Source of the DNA: Phoronis australis
Lineage: Eukaryota; Animalia; Phoronida
Assembly: GCA_002633005.1 (NCBI GenBank)
Contig: NMRA01000287.1
Span: forward strand, 80,847 to 144,846
Length of the DNA stretch: 64,000 nucleotides
Reading direction: 5' to 3'
The notes beneath the pieces were generated by a model. That model did not search any database. It was given only the letters and a program-made list of their open reading frames with translations, and was not told where the DNA came from. The position numbers and the translations under genes were made by a program. Below, piece after piece: positions 27,222 to 42,261 of this stretch. Each line of letters begins with the position of its first letter. Within the stretch, counting starts at the first letter, position 1.

Positions 27222-28503
27222 CGTTTATTGTCTCAAACAATATAATCATGGTTGAGACCCATTTCTTAATGAAGTAGAAATGTAATATTGAGACTGGGTA
27301 TACTTATATTTATATGTACGGAAATGGAAATTTCACCTTGTTTGCCAAAGAAGCAATATAAAATGTGGTATAGAGACGATTCAATACCCAAGTTAAGTTA
27401 AACCCGCTTTTGGCCTATTAACATATATTGCCTTCGATGTAGACCTAGTATACGTTCGAAGTCCTGCGGTCTAATATAATTTTTAAAACGATTTTTCTGT
27501 CGCTTCTTCTTTTAACGATCTCGCTCGGGGTGGTACTGCACAGTTGCGATCCGCACACAAGGAATTTTTTTAGACAATACGAGAATGCAGAAAGAAGTTA
27601 GGCCTATCTAAGAATCAATGTCATCGTTTTTAACGAACTCTGCACCAGAGGGCGCACTACTGCAGCAGTACAAATACATTGATAACGTAACTACCCCTAT
27701 TCAGCTTAAACACTGTTCTAATATGCTACCGTTAAAGAGTTCACAAGAGGTTACCCTGCATGACACAGATCTTAACGGTTAAATTACAATCGTTCTGTAA
27801 GCACCACTTTAGCTAATTTGTTTTTGTTTTTTTAGCCAGTTGAACTGGACCAATTGTCAGTTGCATTACTGTCACATTTGCCTTGAAAAGACGATACATA
27901 TACTTTGGACCAATATTTTCCTTGAGGGGTTACTGCAAAGGGTTCCAGTCAAAGAGTTTTTCGAAGCATGGCACCGATTGTTTGGTTATTGTGAATTTCG
28001 TAAATTTCAATTTTGGAAACGTTCGAGTTCTTTGTTATGTGCCTTTACAATGACACGTGATCAACGAGTGAGGTGGAAACGAGAGGACGCCGCGAGAACG
28101 AACAAGATATTTGGGAGCGATACAAAAGCGGAGTCAATGCTTGTTCATTTGGGTGCATGTATCATATCAAAAATAAAAAAAGTTTAATAAAAAGTTAAGA
28201 TTTGAATAAAGGAAATCCGAAACAAATCAATTTTTGTCGTGGTACGTCAATTACAAGAACTTAGTAAAAAATTGATGACGACTCAACTGGTGCTAGAACA
28301 GCTTACAAGACGAAGACACCCAATGCCTATATACATCGTCTCTCTAAGGGGGGACGCTTAGTGTACGTTACGAACGAACACAAATTCTACATGCACCATC
28401 TTTCTGGGGGAGGGGGGGTGAACGTTTGCATATCGTGAACAGAATACAAGCTAGTCATTTATTAGTCGTACCTTTAGTATCTTTGATTGCAGAGTCATGG
28501 CTT

Positions 28504-28930
28504 AAACTGTTGAGGTTACGGTCTACAAACTGTTGAGGCTACTGTCTACAAACTACTGAGGCTACTGCTTGCAAATTGTTGTGGCTACGGTCTACAAACT
28601 GTTTAGGCTACGGTCTACAAACTATTGAGGCCTGTTGAGGCTATACGGTCTACAAACTGTTGAGGCTTCTGTCTACGAACTATTGAGGCTACAGTCTACA
28701 AAGTGTTGAGGCTACTATCTACAAACTATTGAGGCTACTGTCTACAAACTATTGAGGCTACGGTCTACAAACTATTGAGGCTACTGTCTACAAACTATTA
28801 AGGCTACGGTCTACAAACTGTTGAGGCCACTGTCTACAAACTATTGAGGCTACGGTCTACAAACTGTTCAGGCTAGTCTACAAACTGTTGAGGCTAGGGT
28901 CTACAAACTGTTCAGGCTACAGTCTACAAA
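28504..28930. repeat. 23-bp minisatellite (aaactrttgaggctackgtctac), about 18 copies
   Basis: Read directly. Confidence 0.95.
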
Positions 28931-29150
28931 TAACCTATTCGTTGACTTACACGTACGTAGTGTAGGCAAGTGCCTTTAACACATATTTTCAGTAAAGTTT
29001 GCGAAAATGATCGAGATTTAAACTAAAAAGGTTCCTTACGTTAAACTGGATTTGTAAATAGCGTGAGTCAACAGCAAGCAACGAGAAGGTATATATGTTG
29101 CATAACGTAACGAGAGGGTACATGTATATGCGTGGTACATGTGTAACCAC

Positions 29151-29304
29151 AGGCGTGCGTTCAGTAGACGCTAGGACCTACGCTAGGACCTAGCTAAAAC
29201 CTAGTCATTGTCACTTGTTCTAATTTAAAATACACGGCAATATCTCACGTAATGTCGCGAAGTCTTGCTTTTTAGCGAGGTCCTAGCGTTACTGAACGGG
29301 AGGC
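29151..29304. mobile_element. ~150-bp MITE with ends cgttcagta-cgctaggacct...aggtcctagcg-tactgaacg
   Basis: Internal inverted ends; second copy at 30043-30194. Confidence 0.8.
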
Positions 29305-29322
29305 TGATACACCATCAGTCAC

Positions 29323-29974
29323 GATATCATGCAGAATGGTGAATGTTGGCCAATTCCCCTTTTGTCCACTGACGTCACAAGCATACTTGCGCCCCCAGTG
29401 GAGGCCCTGAGAACTCGTAAATAAACCGAGTTCATGAACCCGGTAGTATCCAGCCTAGCAACAGCCGAGCCAAGCAGACTTGTATTTATTGTGGGACGTT
29501 GAGTATCGCTTTTTTCTAAAAACATAATGCATGGTTTATAATAATGAATGGTGTATAGTACCAATTAATTATGATTGAAAGATTCCTTTTTAGTCGAGCG
29601 TAAACGAGGCTATTTCGCGTGGGGATAAAACTTTGGCTTTGCCGGCGTGTGTAACACCATAGACTATAGTTGTCTATAATCTATGGTAACACAGAAGAAC
29701 AGTTGGATCGTGTTGCAGGATCGCTAGAATGAATATTCCAATTTTCTTAAATTATTGGAACAATATTGATTTTCTGAGAAGTATGACATGCGACATTATT
29801 TAAAAAACACACTAAAACATAGCGACTCTGGAAAAATCATAAAAAAACACTTTAACCACAGTCGCCAACATGCTTGTTTACGAGTTCTCAGGGCCTCCAC
29901 TGGGGGCGCCAGTATGCTTGTGACGTCAGTGGACAAAAGGGGAATTGGCCAACATTCACCATTCTGCCGATATC
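29323..29974. mobile_element. Non-autonomous DNA element with ~98-bp terminal inverted repeats (29323-29421 and 29877-29974)
   Basis: Near-identical inverted arms. ORFs 29319(-) and 29788(+) share the peptide LRVLRASTGGASMLVTSVDKRGIGQHSPFC. Confidence 0.85.
29651..29692. mobile_element. 28-bp insertion CATAGA...TCTATG (29658-29685) with 7-bp TSD gtaacac
   Basis: Perfect TSD and inverted ends. Confidence 0.8.
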
Positions 29975-30042
29975 ATAGACCTTATTGTTGCATAGCAGTT
30001 CATAAATCAATCGCTACGGTGGCGCCACCGGTCACGCAAAGC

Positions 30043-30194
30043 AGGCGTGCGTTCAGTAACGCTAGGGCCTACGCTAGGACCTAGCTAAAATGTAGCCAAA
30101 GTCACGGGATCTCACTTAAAATAGACGGCAATATCTCACGTAATCTCGCGAAGTCTTGTTTTTAGCGAGGTCCTAGCGCTACTGAACGCGAGGC
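30043..30194. mobile_element. Second copy of the ~150-bp MITE
   Basis: Direct, diverged repeat of 29151-29304. Confidence 0.8.
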
Positions 30195-33100
30195 AGTATG
30201 AATATATAAATTTGGAGTTCACTGTGGGAATAGCGCATTGGCAGACGACGGCTTCTTGAATAAGCTAAACTTATTCAATTTCTTTGGGCTCAAAACATTT
30301 CTTCGAAATCGAGGCGTATCATTTAGTGACACAAAAAGCAAAAAAGTAGTTGGAGGTTGGTTCCATAGTCTCAAGGGCCGATACTCCGAAGTGACGGCTC
30401 TTCGGCTCACATAATTATTTACCTTTTCACACCTTCGTGAATATATTGATTGGCAACGATTGAAGCGATATCCGACATCAAAATGCAAGCTTGCTAACTA
30501 ATTGATAACTGAGTGAAAATATTAAACTAGTCTTTCACAAAAGGGTAAATCATTGAAGGATCAAAAATGTAAATCCTTCAAAGATTTTTTAAGCATCACC
30601 ATTTCTTAAAAAATTCCATATTCCATCACTGATAAATGCAGCGTTTTATTTTAACGGTCTATGCCCGTATTTAGGCGCCGACCCTGCATTCGAAGCTACG
30701 CCTATATTCGTAATCGAGTGCCTGCGCTTATACGTGAAACAGATGAGTATAACAATCCTTGAAATTGATGCTCTGGGGCATCCCAACATTTAAGAAATAC
30801 GCACTACTATTTGGCGCACGGAATGCAGTGCCTATTATTGTCAATGCGGCACTCAGTACGCCTGACCTGCAGTGCGTGTACACTCATATATGCGTGTCAA
30901 TGCTCACTCAGTACGCCTGGCCTGCAGCGGGTGTACGTTCATGTATACATGCTTCCTCACTAGTTCACGTCCAGAGTAAGCACGTACGTTCGCAGTTGGA
31001 AATTGTAGGCTTATCGTGTTAAAATCTATTGGAAATGTCCAGTAAAAGATCTTCCCCAAAAGAGCGCTTATTTAGAAGAAATTTGCATGAGCCGGATTTT
31101 AGAAAGTATTTTGTGACTTTTAAGAAAAATCTGACAATGAAGTCAGACTGTAAACTCAATCTTGCGTTTTTAACAAATATGTTGAACTCGAACTTTCGCG
31201 TTTGCGGTGATGAAAATGTTACGTTGATTAAAAAATATCATTGTAAATGCCAATGGATGTAGAGTGACAAAAATGTTTTCAGCGATAATGGAATATTATT
31301 CTAACATCTTGCATATGGCGTTCTGATATGTCTAGCGTTCAAAAAGTTACTTTTTTAAGAAAGACTGACTTTCTATCCATCAACGATTCTTCAGAAAAAG
31401 TCACTTGCTCGTGGTGTTCGTTAGGATGGTTCAAATCAGGTGTTGGTATGAGTTAAAATGGAAAATTTATAACATAAAATATTAAAAGATCAGTTGACAT
31501 TGATTGGAAATTGGATAATCACATAAAATCAGCCAATTTCACTGTAGTCTTTTACGCTATTTTTAGAAACGATTTTGGAATTGTGGCGGAGTGCATTTTC
31601 TATATCTCTACTACATTTACTTATTTCACCAATATTTTTCCTAGAAACCTTTGTGCAAATCAAAATGGCGGCAATCAATAAAGAGATCTTATTGCTCTAG
31701 CATGCATGTCCAACTTTCTCATAAGACAAATAATTATTAAAGATAATATTTGAATAACAATTTTATATAGACTGATGGATGGATATTACAAGCTTCGTGG
31801 ATTTTATTTTTATCCTTTTCCGTGGTTCACGCTCTCCAAATTGTATGGAAATTACCCTTTTGTTATAGAACGTGCGTTTGGTTGCTTTGTTACTCATGTT
31901 TGTCGGTATATTATCAACTGGAAATGGTGCTGTTATACGTCACAACCCTTCCACTATGTATTAGTATTAGTAGTTAGTGACAAGTACAATTAAATCAAAC
32001 AGTTATAACATGAGTCATGTGGTGTAACACATCCAATGTTTATAAACATCGTCAATAACAAAGAAAGCCACGTAACTGCATCAACAAACGTGAAATACAT
32101 ACCTGTTAGTACAATCGGTTGGAACACGATAGAAGTAGTCTCAACAACCAGACTATTACTCGGTGTAGTCCTAGTTTAGAGTATCTCGTCTGTTTGGCAA
32201 GACTTTTTAGTTCCTTTGCATTCTACATACACGTACTGAAATATCCGTGACTCTCAACCACAATGATATCATTTAGGCAACGAAAGATTTTTTAGATTCA
32301 TGATTTCATGCCAACGTATAAGGAGACGAATAACCACATGAAAACTTTAGTGCTGTGAGCGCTTTCATCACACAGTTGACCTATCGTCAGAGTTTTGAGT
32401 GACGGTTTAACTGACCATTTAGAACGCAGCATTATTGACACACCTTCGTTTCCAAGCCGAAATTTTATCCGACAAACAACACGTTGCCGGGTAAAAGTTA
32501 TTGTTTGTTAATCGACATTACTTAAGGGGCGGAGATTGCGATAGTTCAATTCCTATGCCCGTTACAGTGTAAGGTGTCGCTATAATTTCCTTCAGGTATA
32601 TTACTAATCAGTGCTTTGTGTCAGGTTTCCGTAGGATCTCATATTGGTTCCTAGAGTTTATTGATTGTATGTGCACCCACATTTCTGTTTCAATAACTTT
32701 GTGCAACATTTGTCCTTTAAGCATGCACAAATTTCCATTCTGCCTGTTTACTCTGTACACATCATTGATTAGAAAAATTTGCAAGTTTTGTTTCTTTTTC
32801 ATAAAACTTCATCACTTGTTTCTAGTGATTTTTCCATCTTGTATACGTCACACATGTATACGTCATACATGTATACGTCATAGATGTAGCGCACCAGCTT
32901 AGATATCATTCTTGTGCTTTATTGTTAACATATGGGGATTTTAGGACAAATGTCCGTCTTTCTGCAACCACGTGAGGTAAAAACACACACACTGACGGTT
33001 TTTGCGCAAGCATCCCTAAAATACGAAACCGATTTTACAGCGCTTAGGTCAGATTATACAGAAAATAGAAATTTAAATATTGGTCTCATTTTCTTTGGTT

Positions 33101-36100
33101 TACAAAACTGAAATTCACCAAGTGGTAGTTTTGTACAAAATGTTCAAACATTGCACAAATAAGAAACAAAACGTAACCAAATGTATTAATTAATGAACAA
33201 TACGTGACGAATGAAGCATCGATAGAGTGCACAAACTTGAACTTAAGTATGACTGTGTTTCCTTATTTTTTGTTTTGCAAATGACCTTTGACCTCCACAT
33301 TGAAAAATGTATATACAGCAAGTTTGTTTTAACCGACGGAGACGCGAGTAAATTTCGAGGTCAGGTGTGTCACTACCAAAAATTACAATACTTACCCCTA
33401 GAAACGGTAGGTAGATGTAGCTTAGTTGTAACAATTATCAAATATATACCACTAGACATATTATTCCGCTATAATCCGAGAGCGAACGCTAAGGTTGATA
33501 CACTGAATAATGTAGAGCGGGATATCATTTCATCTACGCCACTCGAGGTAGAGGTAGGCTTTGTATTTATGTCATTCCCATGGCAACTGGTGTCGTGTGG
33601 ATATCACAAGCTGTTGTGCATTGAACTTGTAAATAATTAAATAAATACAACACTGTTGTTGCCGTGGAATCGGTGCCTAAATTGCAGACGATATAATATT
33701 TAGCACATTAAACTGAGACAGAATTGATGTAAAATGAACAGTTTGTACCAGATGTTATGTTTGGAACCTGATCGCATGTTGAGTGTTAGTAATACTGCTG
33801 CAACGTCATTATCTTAAAGAATTTTGTGAAAGTTTGATGATCGATCCGGCTAACTACGTCCAGTCGACATTGGACTACCTTTTAACTTTACATGTCATAG
33901 GTCACTGTTAAAGTAATCACGGGAATGCAACGCCGAAAACAATAAGACATGGCCGTATTGCACTCAACCTATTCAACACGCATGGTGTACATGCAAACAT
34001 CGTGTTTTACACACGTTTGCAACATTATTTGTCCAGTGAACCGCTACATTAACAATCCATTTACATTGCAATGGCATCAATCAATTGACACATTCTAGGT
34101 AAGCACACGTGGTTAAACAACAAGATAAAACAATGCACAATTACTCTACCCAAGCAAAAATACTCCGAGTCCATAATTTAACCAAAAAATATATTAAGTC
34201 ATTCTGAATCGTGTTTTTCTTTTCGAAGACAAAATGATTAAAGAATCATACTAAATTAAATATAAAATGTGACAATATAACTAAATATCAACAATGGATC
34301 ACTCTAATAATCGCAAAGAAACCACAATACTGATATTACTAATTTTAGTTGAGTATGGTATTAATTCAAACAGTGTCCCACACCCAAATGGAAACAATAT
34401 GGCTGCCGCACAACACACGTTCAAAAATTGTCATCTAAAACCAACTGCATTCCGTGGCTAAATCTGGCAGCTATTGTACAAAAGACTACACCAACAATTC
34501 ATATACAATAGTGAAAAGTTTCTCATATCAAATACACTCAAAAACAGAAACTTTCCAACCTCGCCTTAAATGGCGAAACACGTCCGGAGCAGCAATGACA
34601 CAACCATTCCACTTACTACACAAACTGAAATGCACTCAAAATCAGGTCAAGTTCTTTTTTGCCAAAATCCAGAACCGGTTCGTTCCAGTTACATGTACGT
34701 CACCTACTCTGGACGTACCCACAACAAACTAAGCGAAACAACTTTGACCAATTGCCTCATAAATAATTTTCACGCGCACTCCCCGCGAGAACCCTGCCTC
34801 GAATCTCCGCGAGCTTGATTATTTTTTTACCTTAAATCTATCCATATCACAGGAGTTAATCATTTGACTTACTAGTTAATTATCTAACCAATTGCTATGC
34901 CACGGATTTCATAATTACGCTCTTTGGTATCTATCTCATATTCTTAAAACTTTTGCTTTTAGAATTTAAAAAAATATTTTAACCAGATGTGCAAACCAAT
35001 AATCAATTATGAACTAGATTAGTTATATTTTCTGGTCTAACTATATGCACCATCAAGAACTCAGTGGTGAAGAGCTTTCTAATGATAGGACTCTCACCTG
35101 TACGCGAAGCGGTTGAAAAACGGCGGAGTTGCGAACAGTTTCAGTGACTGTAAAGAAGGCGTCTACAGTGTAATATTAAAATATATTATGTACTTCTGTT
35201 ATTGTTGGTTTCATGATTTTTATATCGCATAAGAGCTCAAATGGTGCTAGATAACTTAGGAAATCGTAAACTTTTCGCAACGCATGGAATATGTCTAGAT
35301 AGGCAACGCTATCACACACTACCGGCTTCTCGTATCACTAGTGGATTGTAATCCATTAGACAATGTTTGGGGCAAATCCAAAAATGTATGTGGAATTTGC
35401 TCGGAAGTAGTTTTCGGTGATAACAGTTCTCTCTTTACTTGTTCCTAAACAAAGTTCAACCCTAACTATAAGCCCTCAACAGCAAGAAATAACACCGGAT
35501 CAAACTCCACGAAGACAACTCTCGTCCCGTCCCGTCCCAATGATATCTTACCGATTCACAAACTGCAGGAGCAAACCGAAGTCAAGTGAACTGTTAAAAG
35601 TGACAATTTTGTTGTTATCCCAAAACTGATGGCGTTTTCGCTTGAAAAACTTTAGTAGTCAGACGACGATACACATGGGCAAGAGAGAGGGACCTTAACT
35701 GTTTGAAGCCACATTTATCAATTTACGGCAGAGAGCGTCACCAGTGAAGAGTTCAACCCATTTTCTTGTTCTACATTTCGCCACATTTTACAGTATAGTC
35801 CTGCTTTCACAGACGTGTGTTTATTTTCAGCTGTGACACGTCATTAAATAAACTGGTATGCTAAAGATTAGTTGCAAAATTAAAACGCCTCGTATTAGAA
35901 GCCGGGCTTTCCCACTATTTGTCTTCACATGAAATGTTATCAACTATGCAAAAAGTAAAACGTGCCCGAAATGATGGCTCAACCGGCCCATCGAAGTAAA
36001 TGCCTTTCGGAGAGAAGATCTAGACACCTTTTGGAATTTCCTTGGCTAACTGAAGTTGTAATGAATCCATCCCCTCAGGAGCTTCAGCCCCCGGTTCTGG

Positions 36101-39100
36101 CGCGCTTCGTCCGTGCTTTGCCCTGGCAACTCTCGACCTCTTGAACTCTTATGGTGCAGCATGATGCAATTCTGACAGAGCGCGCACGCGCGTGAACATC
36201 TGTGAACCGCCTTCAGAAGATTTTTCCAGGAACCCGGATTTCGGGTAAAAGGAGTGTCCGAGTCAGTATCCGGTCGGTGTGCATTAGGCAATCTTTTGTG
36301 TAAACAAAATATCGTATCACAGGAATCGGGGTCACGTACAATTAGTTTGGCACACGACTTGTAGCGGAAGTCTTACGCAGTGCTCGGTGTATTTATACTG
36401 TGTCACAAACGTTAGGTAATTTATTGGGAGGCAGCAGAGCGACCAGACAACAAAATGGTGAAATTGGCAGTGCTGCTCGTGTGTACGTTGGTAGGACTTT
36501 CCTCAGGGCAGGTACGTTAGTGTTATCGTGAAGCTGGGGTTTATAAAAGCGTCGAGGGCTATTAGTGTAGATGGAAAATCCCAGTGTTATACTTGCGAAA
36601 CTGTCAGAGAAAATATTTTTGTACATGCTTGACACTGGCAAGTTATATTAGCCTAAAGATACTCGAGTGTCGAGTTAAGCTCATTTTCGCGTATTGTGAA
36701 TAGCATGACCTTTTAAACAACGCTAAGGTGCGCTCAACGATGTTGTGTGTTTGCAACAAACCCCAGTACAATGCCACATATGAGCAGAAGCTGAGACCAT
36801 TTACGGGTCCTTGCACCTTTGCCCGCACAACCAAATCATGCGCACACCCAGCCTTAAATATAGGGTGGCTCGAATTTTTCGGTATGCGGAGTTTTTACTG
36901 ACAAAAATCAACGAGGACTAAAAAAATAACGGGCCACTAGGTTCAGAACCACGAATTGTGCATCTGCTGAGGCGGAATTTTTTTGTCCAATTCGCCTCCC
37001 GAACCACCCCCCCCCCTCCTGGTTGCGCCCATGCAAATGTTTGAAACGACCTCACTCGAGCTATAGTACGCTAGTATAATGCAGTGCACCAGCCTGAGGC
37101 CAACCCAATTGTTTATCTCCAGGTTAAGGGCTATTTGGCGCTGAGTTTGACCCTATTTTGATTAAGTAAAGTATTATCAAATAATGTCTAATAGCTTGGT
37201 TATGCTGTTATGACTGAAGTAGTTTTAGATCAAGAAATAGTCCACGCGGACCTGTTAAGTAAAAACTGTCCGTAGTGTCCGGCTTTTTGCACTGACCCTT
37301 CAACTTTATTGTTAATCTATACGTAGATATGTTGCCATTTGAGTTACCTTCATGTTTCGAAAGATTTGTTCTCGAGATCCATAAAATTTGCGTTTCGTAA
37401 TGTGAATTCACACTGTTGTCAATAGCCAGATGCATTCAACAGGGTGGTTTTGTTGGGGACGGGCTGAATGGCAACCATGCAGGGGACAGTTTGCAATCAG
37501 GGTACAAAATGCAAAATGAAGATGACTGAACTGGAAACCAAAATTTGTAACTTGTATGGCCATGATCGTAGTAATAAACAAGTTTTAATCCGCTTTTAAA
37601 AAGTTAACGTCAGATGACTTTCTACAGAACGCCCACAATAGAAGTCAAGTTAATTTTTTTACATGATGGTAAAAGTCCTCTTTTGCAGTCTCTGACCATG
37701 AGCAACATCAAAACAAGCGGTGCGGATGCGTACCAGTTATAGAGTTAGATAAAGCCATAAGAGTTTACACTTCCTGCAAGGATGACAGTATCAGTCACTT
37801 CCTACAAGTGTCGCCATAACTGTAGTCAACAAATGAAAGCGCAGAATAACAGGTTTGGATAACGGGAAACAAATGTATAAGTAACCATGCCAACAAACAA
37901 TACGTTTTTAACGTGTTGGCTTTTGTTTTTCTTTTGAAAACGTGGGTAACATTTAATAACTTTAGGTTTTGAGGAGGCTAGCAAGAGTAAGCAATAATAA
38001 TGATTCAACTTTTAAAAATGCGAAAATGAAATTGGTAAAGTATCGTTGTCTTATATGGATGCGATGCTATTTACTGACGTGGCATTGAGTTCGAAATGCA
38101 AAAGCCATGCTCGATGTTTCGTCTATTCTCTCCCCCTGGATGCTAATGGCACGTCTTTATTTGGGCGGCAATACACATTAGCAGAGAAATGTCTTTGAAC
38201 TTATTGCACAGTCGCCAAATACAGTTTGCAGGTTTGCATTACTGTCAAAGGTTTTGGAATCGTATTCAATCTGAATGGACTGCACGTCATGATATTGGTT
38301 CATGCATGTTATTTGAATTCGCCCGACTCATTTTAATGTTTTAACTTCTGAACGTGTTTGCATTAGTTAAAAGACATTTATTCTACAAATTTTGAAAGCA
38401 AAAGTTCTGTTATCATTTGGTTCGCTTATTTTGTTTCATCGAGAAAACGAAGAGCACCTAGCCGAAACAATTGCGAGCATTGCAGCGACTATGCATGCTT
38501 CAGAAAAACGGCGTAGGCGTCACTGAATCTTGATACCCGATGTCAGCCGATGGTATACGCGTGCCGCTGGTTAATGGAACTTCTTTTTGTTAAATATTTG
38601 CAAAGCTATTCTTGGAATTGGACTGTGACATAAATAAGTCAGTGCTGATGTTTTATTGGGGTCAACGTTAAGCTCATGTTGTTCAAGACTGAGTTACGTA
38701 CATGTACCTAGACGCACAATGGGCAGCTAGTGAGTGTGCTCACGTGTTTCTCATGAAATACATGGGGATTTCTGGCGAGGTCTTGTGTTATTTTGCGATT
38801 TTCTCACTTCCACTAACACACCACAGGACATGAACCACAGCAAATGCTCTGTGTTAATATTTCTGCTTATAAAAAACCGTTTTCCATGTTACCTTATTTT
38901 CGCAGCAAAATTCAGTTGGTTTGCAAACAGTCGTTGCACGACAAAAGATTCGTGAGGTCAACCTAGACACTTCAACCACAATGTTAATGATGTAATTTAA
39001 GAGCAGCCGGTTTCCATGACAAAAATATCTTCCCATCGGATTATGAGGACCCTCAGTCAACATAAAACTTGGCAGCGTCCATTGGTAACAGTGTTGATTT

Positions 39101-42035
39101 TCTAACAGAAATAGTGATACATTTTGGAGATAATATTCAGTGTCATTGTTAAATACCTTTTCACTCAAAACCTCATTTTTGTAAAGCACATTCACTTTAC
39201 TGTCTGCATCAATTGTCTCTTATAAGTTATAGAAACGCAAAACTAATTGTATCGATTAATCAAAAGAGTCGTGTCCGTCTTACGTGTTCTATTTAACAAA
39301 GTTTCAGGAATTTTACTTCAATGAATGTTTTTGAGTGAGTTACAATACGCAAAGCGTCGTACACAACTTGTGTTTGCCAATGATTCAGTGCGTCCTAAAA
39401 ATTATAGCAGTCTGAATTTGAATGATTGCACATCAAAATGGGTGGGGGCAGATTTTCATGAAAGTGACGCTTCAACAGTGGGCTGGCCCACCTTTCTCAA
39501 TTCTGATCTGAAGTGCGTGCCCAATGAACAAGCGACATTGCAATAATCGTCAATTTAATGAGAAACCTGCATTCATCAGATATTTTGAGTGACATTAGAA
39601 AATACGAATAGGTTTTTATCTGTTTTGAAGCGGTCATGATAAAAGCGATATTCGTCTCCACCAATAAGTTTGTTTGTTTTCTTCCATTTATCAATGAAGC
39701 GATATTCCTTGCGTCTGTAATTTTATCGGGAAGCCGAGAAATAAAAAAACCAATACCGCTTATGGATGTAAAACGAATAGAAAATGCTATCTTTTCAAAG
39801 CTAAGAAATGACATGAGAATAATTCCAATTTCTTTTTTAATTAGTTTTCATCAATATTCATGCGCTAAATTATTACGCGTGCGCATTCAAACTAGAGTAT
39901 CAATACTTTTGGTTGATCCTTTATATGCGGTGCACCTGAAGATCAAAGCTGAACACCTGCATTCTGTGAGATTAAGTGTTACGTAAACAGGGGTTGCTCG
40001 ACTCAACAAACGTACACGGCATGCGTCTTTGCAACTAGCAATACAAGAGGCTCACAGATTGTTTACTTGACGGTTTCGTGCTCCTGGTACTGCTGAAGTC
40101 TCTTCAAAGAGCCATCCGTGAGAAGGATTGAGTATTGTGCCCACCGCTCCCAAACGTGCACAATGCTCTGAAATGGTGTCGTGTAAACGGGAAATGAATA
40201 ATAATGAGAAGGAAATGATTCAGTTATTATTTTGTTAAAAAATAATCAACTTGTAAGTGCATCTCGCGGAGTTCAGTGGGGAAGCGCTGACAATTACACC
40301 ACTGTCTGCAATGGTTTATACGCTGTTTGTTGACTATAGTCGACTTCACCTTGAAACTGATTATAATTCTATGAGGATACGACCATGTGGTGAATTTAAG
40401 ATGAATTATTAAAGACGGGGGTATTTAGAGGTTTATATTGTACACATAAAAACATTCAGTATGGTATTTTCTATCATAAGTAAACGTTGGTTTGACTGGG
40501 TACACTCGTGATCTTACTCAGAAGGGTATCCTTGTCGATGAAACAATACTTTTTCGAACTAAATTCTCAGCCCCGGAAATGGATTACTTTAGGGGAAGAG
40601 AACTCTCAATTTATTTGAGACTATTCTTGGTAAAGTCCACAATACTCTACATTGAATAGGGGACTCTTCTCTTGGTGCTCTCTAGCGTAATGAGAGCACG
40701 AAAGTGACTCCTGATTGACTCACATTTGGTGGACAGAAATTCAGAGGAATAGACACTGTCAACCCCTCCCATCGTTTGGTTAGTTAAAGATCACTAATTT
40801 ATTTTAGGTTTTTGATACCGCCTCGGATCAAAATTCTCCCGCTTTATCAGCCACAACCACGGCATTGCCATAGATACATTTTTGCATTGTAAATGTATGG
40901 AACAGGACGTCCTTGTTGAACAATTGGTATTTGAAGAGGTTTGCGTTTTTTGGTAATATATTGGTACATCCCACCGCACAGCAGTGGAAATTTGCCGGCA
41001 TTATAATAACAGGAAAGGTATCAAAACGCTGTTTATACCAGTAGGTTGAAACCTCCTGTCAGCATTACATGGAATCTGTAGGTGGCGCTGTACGCAAGGA
41101 AACTAGTGTGCTCTCGCTGGTTCCCTGCGTGTCCGCTAGGGGGTAGAGAACACGCAGGTATCATTTAAATTCCTAGGGGATTTTATTACACCGGCGTTTC
41201 TGATTGACTGGTCGAATTCTCAACAGCTGGCGCTTTATGCGAACAAACTGACATGACTGATGGAGGAAATGTATATGTGGACGTAGTTTGTGGTCTGTTG
41301 TACAGGCAAATCGGTGCTTAATTCATGTTCAGGAATTGTGTATCGGAATAAAGTTGTGATTGAGCCTTTTCGGAGTCCTTTTTTCCACTGTCGCTGACTT
41401 TTGTTTACATTGTTGTCATGTATTCATACAGTATGAACAACACACCAGTTAAATTGGCATTCATTATGTGCTTCAAGCACGCGGCTGATTACTGCAGAAA
41501 CGAAATATTTACTGTCATGCAACTTGGATTACAGGGCTAAAAATGACTCGCAGTCCGCCGTTTTCTGTCTTTGTTTTAAAGTAACTAATGACTGCCGAGG
41601 TTACATCAACCAGTGATAAAGCGCGTGCTGCTGAAGGATACCTGCTTGTTCTCAACCCCTACCGGACACGCGTGGAACCAGCCAGTTAGTGTGCATCGCT
41701 TTAGTGTAATACATGGCGCTATCTCACGAAGTCTGACGTGAACTTGTGTTTTCACAAAGTTCTCGTGTCTGAGGAACACACACCTCATTTGTTGAATAGC
41801 AAGCAGGCGCACCACTGGTAACCCGACTCGTATACATTTTTCACTGGGCCATAAAGTGGATTGTGTGTTTTGACTAGGTGGGCAGTCTTTCCCTACAGTC
41901 GTCGTGTAACTTGGCCACTCTCGTTGATTGAACACTTTGTAGGGAATTATCAAACGTGTTTCAAACTTTTGAGAATCAATTAATGGCAGATCATTGTTCA
42001 TTTTAAAGATTTAAACGAGTCGCAGTTAGTTTGTG

Positions 42036-42261
42036 TATAAGATGCCAAAATTGGGTTCAGATGCTTCAAGTTGTTTTCAACCCATTTAAGTATGGTGAAA
42101 TGGTGCAACGAAGGAATGTCCGTTTCTTAGGAAACGGATAACAAAACTGTTCAACATTTTTTCCAAACTGCAATTTGTGTGAGAGTGTTGATGTAATCTT
42201 GCTTGATCGTAACTTGAGTCAGAACAAACCGGAAGGAGAAAATCAGTATCACCGAGTGACA
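42036..42261 (+). promoter_or_regulatory. Tentative TATA element and 5'UTR first exon of the ITIH-like gene, ending on the A of a split ATG
   Basis: TATAA at 42036-42040 and a strong donor gaca|gtaagt at 42261/42262. An in-frame stop at 42210 precedes the split ATG. The transcription start is not demonstrable. Confidence 0.35.

Noticed and set aside
28504-28930. CRISPR-like array
   Set aside because: Units are contiguous with no unique spacers, there are no cas genes and the context is eukaryotic.
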